The notes under the pieces: generated by a model
The model's database searches: none
What the model was told of the DNA's origin: nothing
Seen by the model: the letters and a program-made list of their open reading frames with translations, nothing else
Shown here: in pieces, positions 60,780-64,000 of the stretch
Numbering within the stretch: the first letter of the stretch is position 1
How the letters are laid out: each line of letters starts with the position of its first letter
Made by a program: the position numbers and the translations under genes
Assembly (NCBI GenBank): GCA_951406725.2
Contig: OX597816.1
Coordinates: 82,894,001-82,958,000, forward strand
Origin: Octopus vulgaris
Lineage: Eukaryota
DNA length: 64,000 nucleotides
Reading direction: 5' to 3'

Positions 60780-62780
60780 AGTAATAAACCGGAACGTAAA
60801 AGAGCTATCTACCAGATATAATTAACATGAAAAATAAATTTATTTAACAAAAGCGAACTAAAGAAATTACCACCCTGGAAAGCCCCGTGTCCAAAGTTTA
60901 TACTTTATTCACTTGACATGAAATCTTAGAGACAGAGAGATGTTGCGCATGTAACATCATATCAAAAGGGAGAACTCTCATACTAAAAGATAGGAAGAAA
61001 AGGGAATGTTGTGAGCAATTACAGGTCTATTACATGTTTGTTTACTGCCCTTACTGAAACTACTGACAAGGTTGATAGCATATGAGATATTCTTTTTCAT
61101 AGAAACGGAACACCTACTTCCTGAGGCACGGAAGAAATGTCGAAGGAAATAATCAAGTAACAAGAAACCCGCGATATATTGGTAAATGATACTTCCGGAT
61201 ATGAATACTAGAAATAATCTACTAATAGGGCGGATCGATAACCGAATGGCATGTAACATGATTCACCTTTCTTGGATACTAGAATGCCTGAAAATAATTG
61301 TTATCAATGTTGGAATGCAAAATCTCATTCAAGCAAGCATGAAATCTTCACGAATCAATTTGCCATGTGATTAAGATTCCACGAGAGAAATAAAGATTAA
61401 AATAGTATTGTCCAAGGAGATTAATTTACTCACTGCTGTTTGCTACTACTTTGATTCCTATACATTATACATTATTAAAGAACCAACCAAGGTAGATTAC
61501 AACTAAAATTAAAGAAAATTGTTATTTATTGAATGTAGATGTCCACTAGCTTGATTCCAAGAGATGATAAGGATCTGGATTCTTTGATGTAACGTATTAG
61601 AATATTCAGCAGATACTGATAGCGACAAGTGTGCCATTCTTGTAACTGAGAGAGAAAAGGGGAAAAGGTAAATCTGAGTGAATTACCTTTCAAGCAAACC
61701 CACCATTAATACTATCGAAATTATCAATTTTCTTGATGAGCATCAATATTTGGTTGAAATGCAGGACCATATGTTGAAATAGAAGGAAATAAAAGATAAC
61801 GCAAACGAAGAATGTGAGATCACAGATCACAAATAAAATGAAATGGAAAAATCCCCCCTCCATTATTTAATGGATAGCAGAGTATTGCTAATATTGAAAT
61901 ATTCTACAGCTTTTCTTCAGTGGGGAAAAAACAAAGTTGGTGAAATGGATAGGAAAGCTAGAAACTGTTAGCAATGAATGATGGGTTACGTCCACGAAGC
62001 ATTGTTTAGTAAAGCGCATTTATTAGAAAGAGACAGAAAACTGTTTCATGTAACGGCCACAATACTCTTATCCAATTTAGGGTTAGAATGGTATATTAGG
62101 AAGAGTGAAGAGAAGAATAAATGGTCTCTATAATAGAATTTAGCAGAAACAAAATACACTGAAGATAGAAAACTGGAAAGAATATTTGTTTTTTTAGTCA
62201 GTGGGATTCTACGGTAAGTAGAAGAGAACAGAAAGAGAACATTGAACCAACCTTGATCAAAAGTTGGAGGACCGGAGAAGGAGATAAAATCCTCGATGAT
62301 GATGGTGGAAGAACAAGTGGATAACAACTACTATTAAAGAAAAACAGAAAAGCCAAGAAGAGAGAAAAGGAAACTGTCAATTATTTTGTGTGAAAATATA
62401 GAAAGATGACTTTAACAGAATATATAAAAAATCTATGAATATGGTGTTATTTGGAAGTTTGGATTCAAAGAAGATAAAAAAAGAGCCAACTTGTAAAATC
62501 ACTTCTCTAAAACTGTTATTGAAATCGACTATTGTCAGATCTTGTGGGATTTCTCTGTATAAGTTAAACTCTTAATAGATGCTACTTATCAGATAGAATC
62601 ATTATATATAAAGGCAACATACGTGATATCAGGGATATTACTATGCCATATATCAGTTAAAGCGAAGAAAAAATATTTAAAGAATTAGACTTGGCCGGAG
62701 AACTGAGAAATCTTTGGGACGCGAGCGGGTGTTGTTCCTGTTATAGCAACGGTCTAAGAAACTCCAAAGACACTGGAAAT
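60780..62780 (+). pseudogene. Heavily decayed R4/Dong-like element spanning RT to endonuclease
   Basis: In order: WKAP, NYRSITCL, KLLTRLIAYEI...HLLPEARKKCRR, IDNRMACNMIHLSWILECLK, VQGD, DKCAIL, MDRKARKLLAMNDGLRPRS and DLAGELRNLWD..VVPVI. Confidence 0.8.
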
Positions 62781-62799
62781 GCATTCGAAGCAGCAGCAG

Positions 62800-63200
62800 A
62801 GGTCTTCTGCTATGCATCACTAGTTGGGCCGATCGAGTCCCCGTTTCCACAAGGCAGTACAGCTTCATGATTACCTCGTGGCGTTCGGGGTTCATCAGGA
62901 TTTACATCTCCATGCACATCCATCCGGACTGCATGATATGGGGTTCACCTACAGCGCATCACCCAGTGACATTGCACCACAGACGTGACAAGAATCTAAG
63001 AGCCTCCGTTGGTACCAATGTGTCTGGCCGCGGTCCTTCTTGTTATCCTGCTCATGTAATGCAACATCATCATGTAGATAAGCGTGTAGTGCACGGACAC
63101 TGCATCACTGCTGTTTTGTTTAGTGCTCAGTATGAAATAACAAATACGCGCTTCAATATGTTCAGTCTATGTCAAGGAAGTACATATCTAGACATGCATC
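62800..63200 (-). mobile_element. Possible Tc1/mariner-type transposase remnant
   Basis: Relatively GC-rich block. Weak minus-strand motifs KRVFVISY, PYH.Q and LVETG. Confidence 0.25.
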
Positions 63201-63578
63201 AACTATCTATCAAGAACCGTAGATATTAAAGTCATGTAATCAACAAATCTAATATCTATGAAAAGGGGTTCAGTGAGAGCTAGACTTTTATCCAAGTCTT
63301 TCACGTCTTTCATGACAAACTTCAGGAAAACTTCGCAATGGATTGTATATATATATATGTATACACACACACACTCACATCAAATTAATCCTGATGACGA
63401 CCCGATATTTTTGTATAGCGACGGATCTACTAATATTTCTAACATCTTCAACAGCGCCTTCAACCAGCTCGTGTCAAAGGTAACTTTAAAGTCGATGAGG
63501 TAATGTAAAGTTATTTGATTTGCTTTTTGGAATCAATAGAATTATTGTAAAAGCAAATTTAGCAATAGTTTTATATAA

Positions 63579-63955
63579 TCCCTTCTAATTTTAGCACAAG
63601 CCCAGAAATTTGGAAGGGAGAGGTACTTTTTCTATCGACCTTAAAAATTTGAAAGGCAAAGTCAACCTCAGCATTATTTGATTCAAAACGTAATGCCAGA
63701 AGAAATGCTGCGAAGCATTTTGCCCAGCTCGCCTCATTATTAGTAAACATAACATCAATAAGGATTCATGATTTAGCTAGAGGGCTAGTAGTTTCGCGGT
63801 AGTGGTTCGCCGATTACATCGAGCTCACTACGTAACAGGTAATTTATCGAACCTGAAAAGATAAAGTTGACTCGACAGGGGGTTTGAACTAAGAACCAGA
63901 ACATATACAGCGATGCATTTTTACGACGATCTAAGGCATCTCCAGCTTGCCGTCT
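63579..63955 (-). mobile_element. Two decayed SINE S1 copies
   Basis: GAAAGGCAAAGTCAACCTC and CGATTACATCGA motifs, with reverse-complement heads. Confidence 0.7.
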
Positions 63956-64000
63956 TGCATTAATATTGAAAATAAGAGTGGTTTATTAATAATTATGATA

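Noticed and set aside
63390-63500. CTGATGA-CGAC...GTCG as a hammerhead
   Set aside because: GTCG is followed by ATGAGG rather than GAAA, and there is no stem I or III.

Overview
AT-rich eukaryotic repeat-dominated DNA. The SINE families and extreme microsatellite load suggest a coleoid cephalopod, probably Octopus (inference from recalled repeat families, not a database search). I find no supportable host protein-coding exon, rRNA, true tRNA or CRISPR array. Almost all ORFs in the track are microsatellite read-through. The window is a nested mobile-element landscape. It holds about ten decayed fragments of restriction-like-endonuclease (R4/Dong-type) non-LTR retrotransposons, most flanked by (TAA)n and one family associated with (CATA)n. 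It also holds an L1/Tx1-like element, a Penelope-like GIY-YIG remnant, a CR1/L2-like 3' end, at least five SINE families, non-autonomous Helitrons, a hAT MITE with a perfect 8-bp TSD and mariner remnants. The most interesting signals are: (1) a ~550-bp non-coding element with no tRNA head that always lies next to TAA-associated RLE elements, a candidate non-autonomous partner; (2) two type-I hammerhead-ribozyme motifs in a (TA)n-embedded cassette, one inside a perfect 68-bp inverted repeat; (3) a SINE variant sharing its 3' tail with the Tx1-like LINE and found twice inside tRNA-derived SINE heads; (4) apparent partitioning of retroelement families among different microsatellite motifs. Boundaries of decayed elements are approximate.
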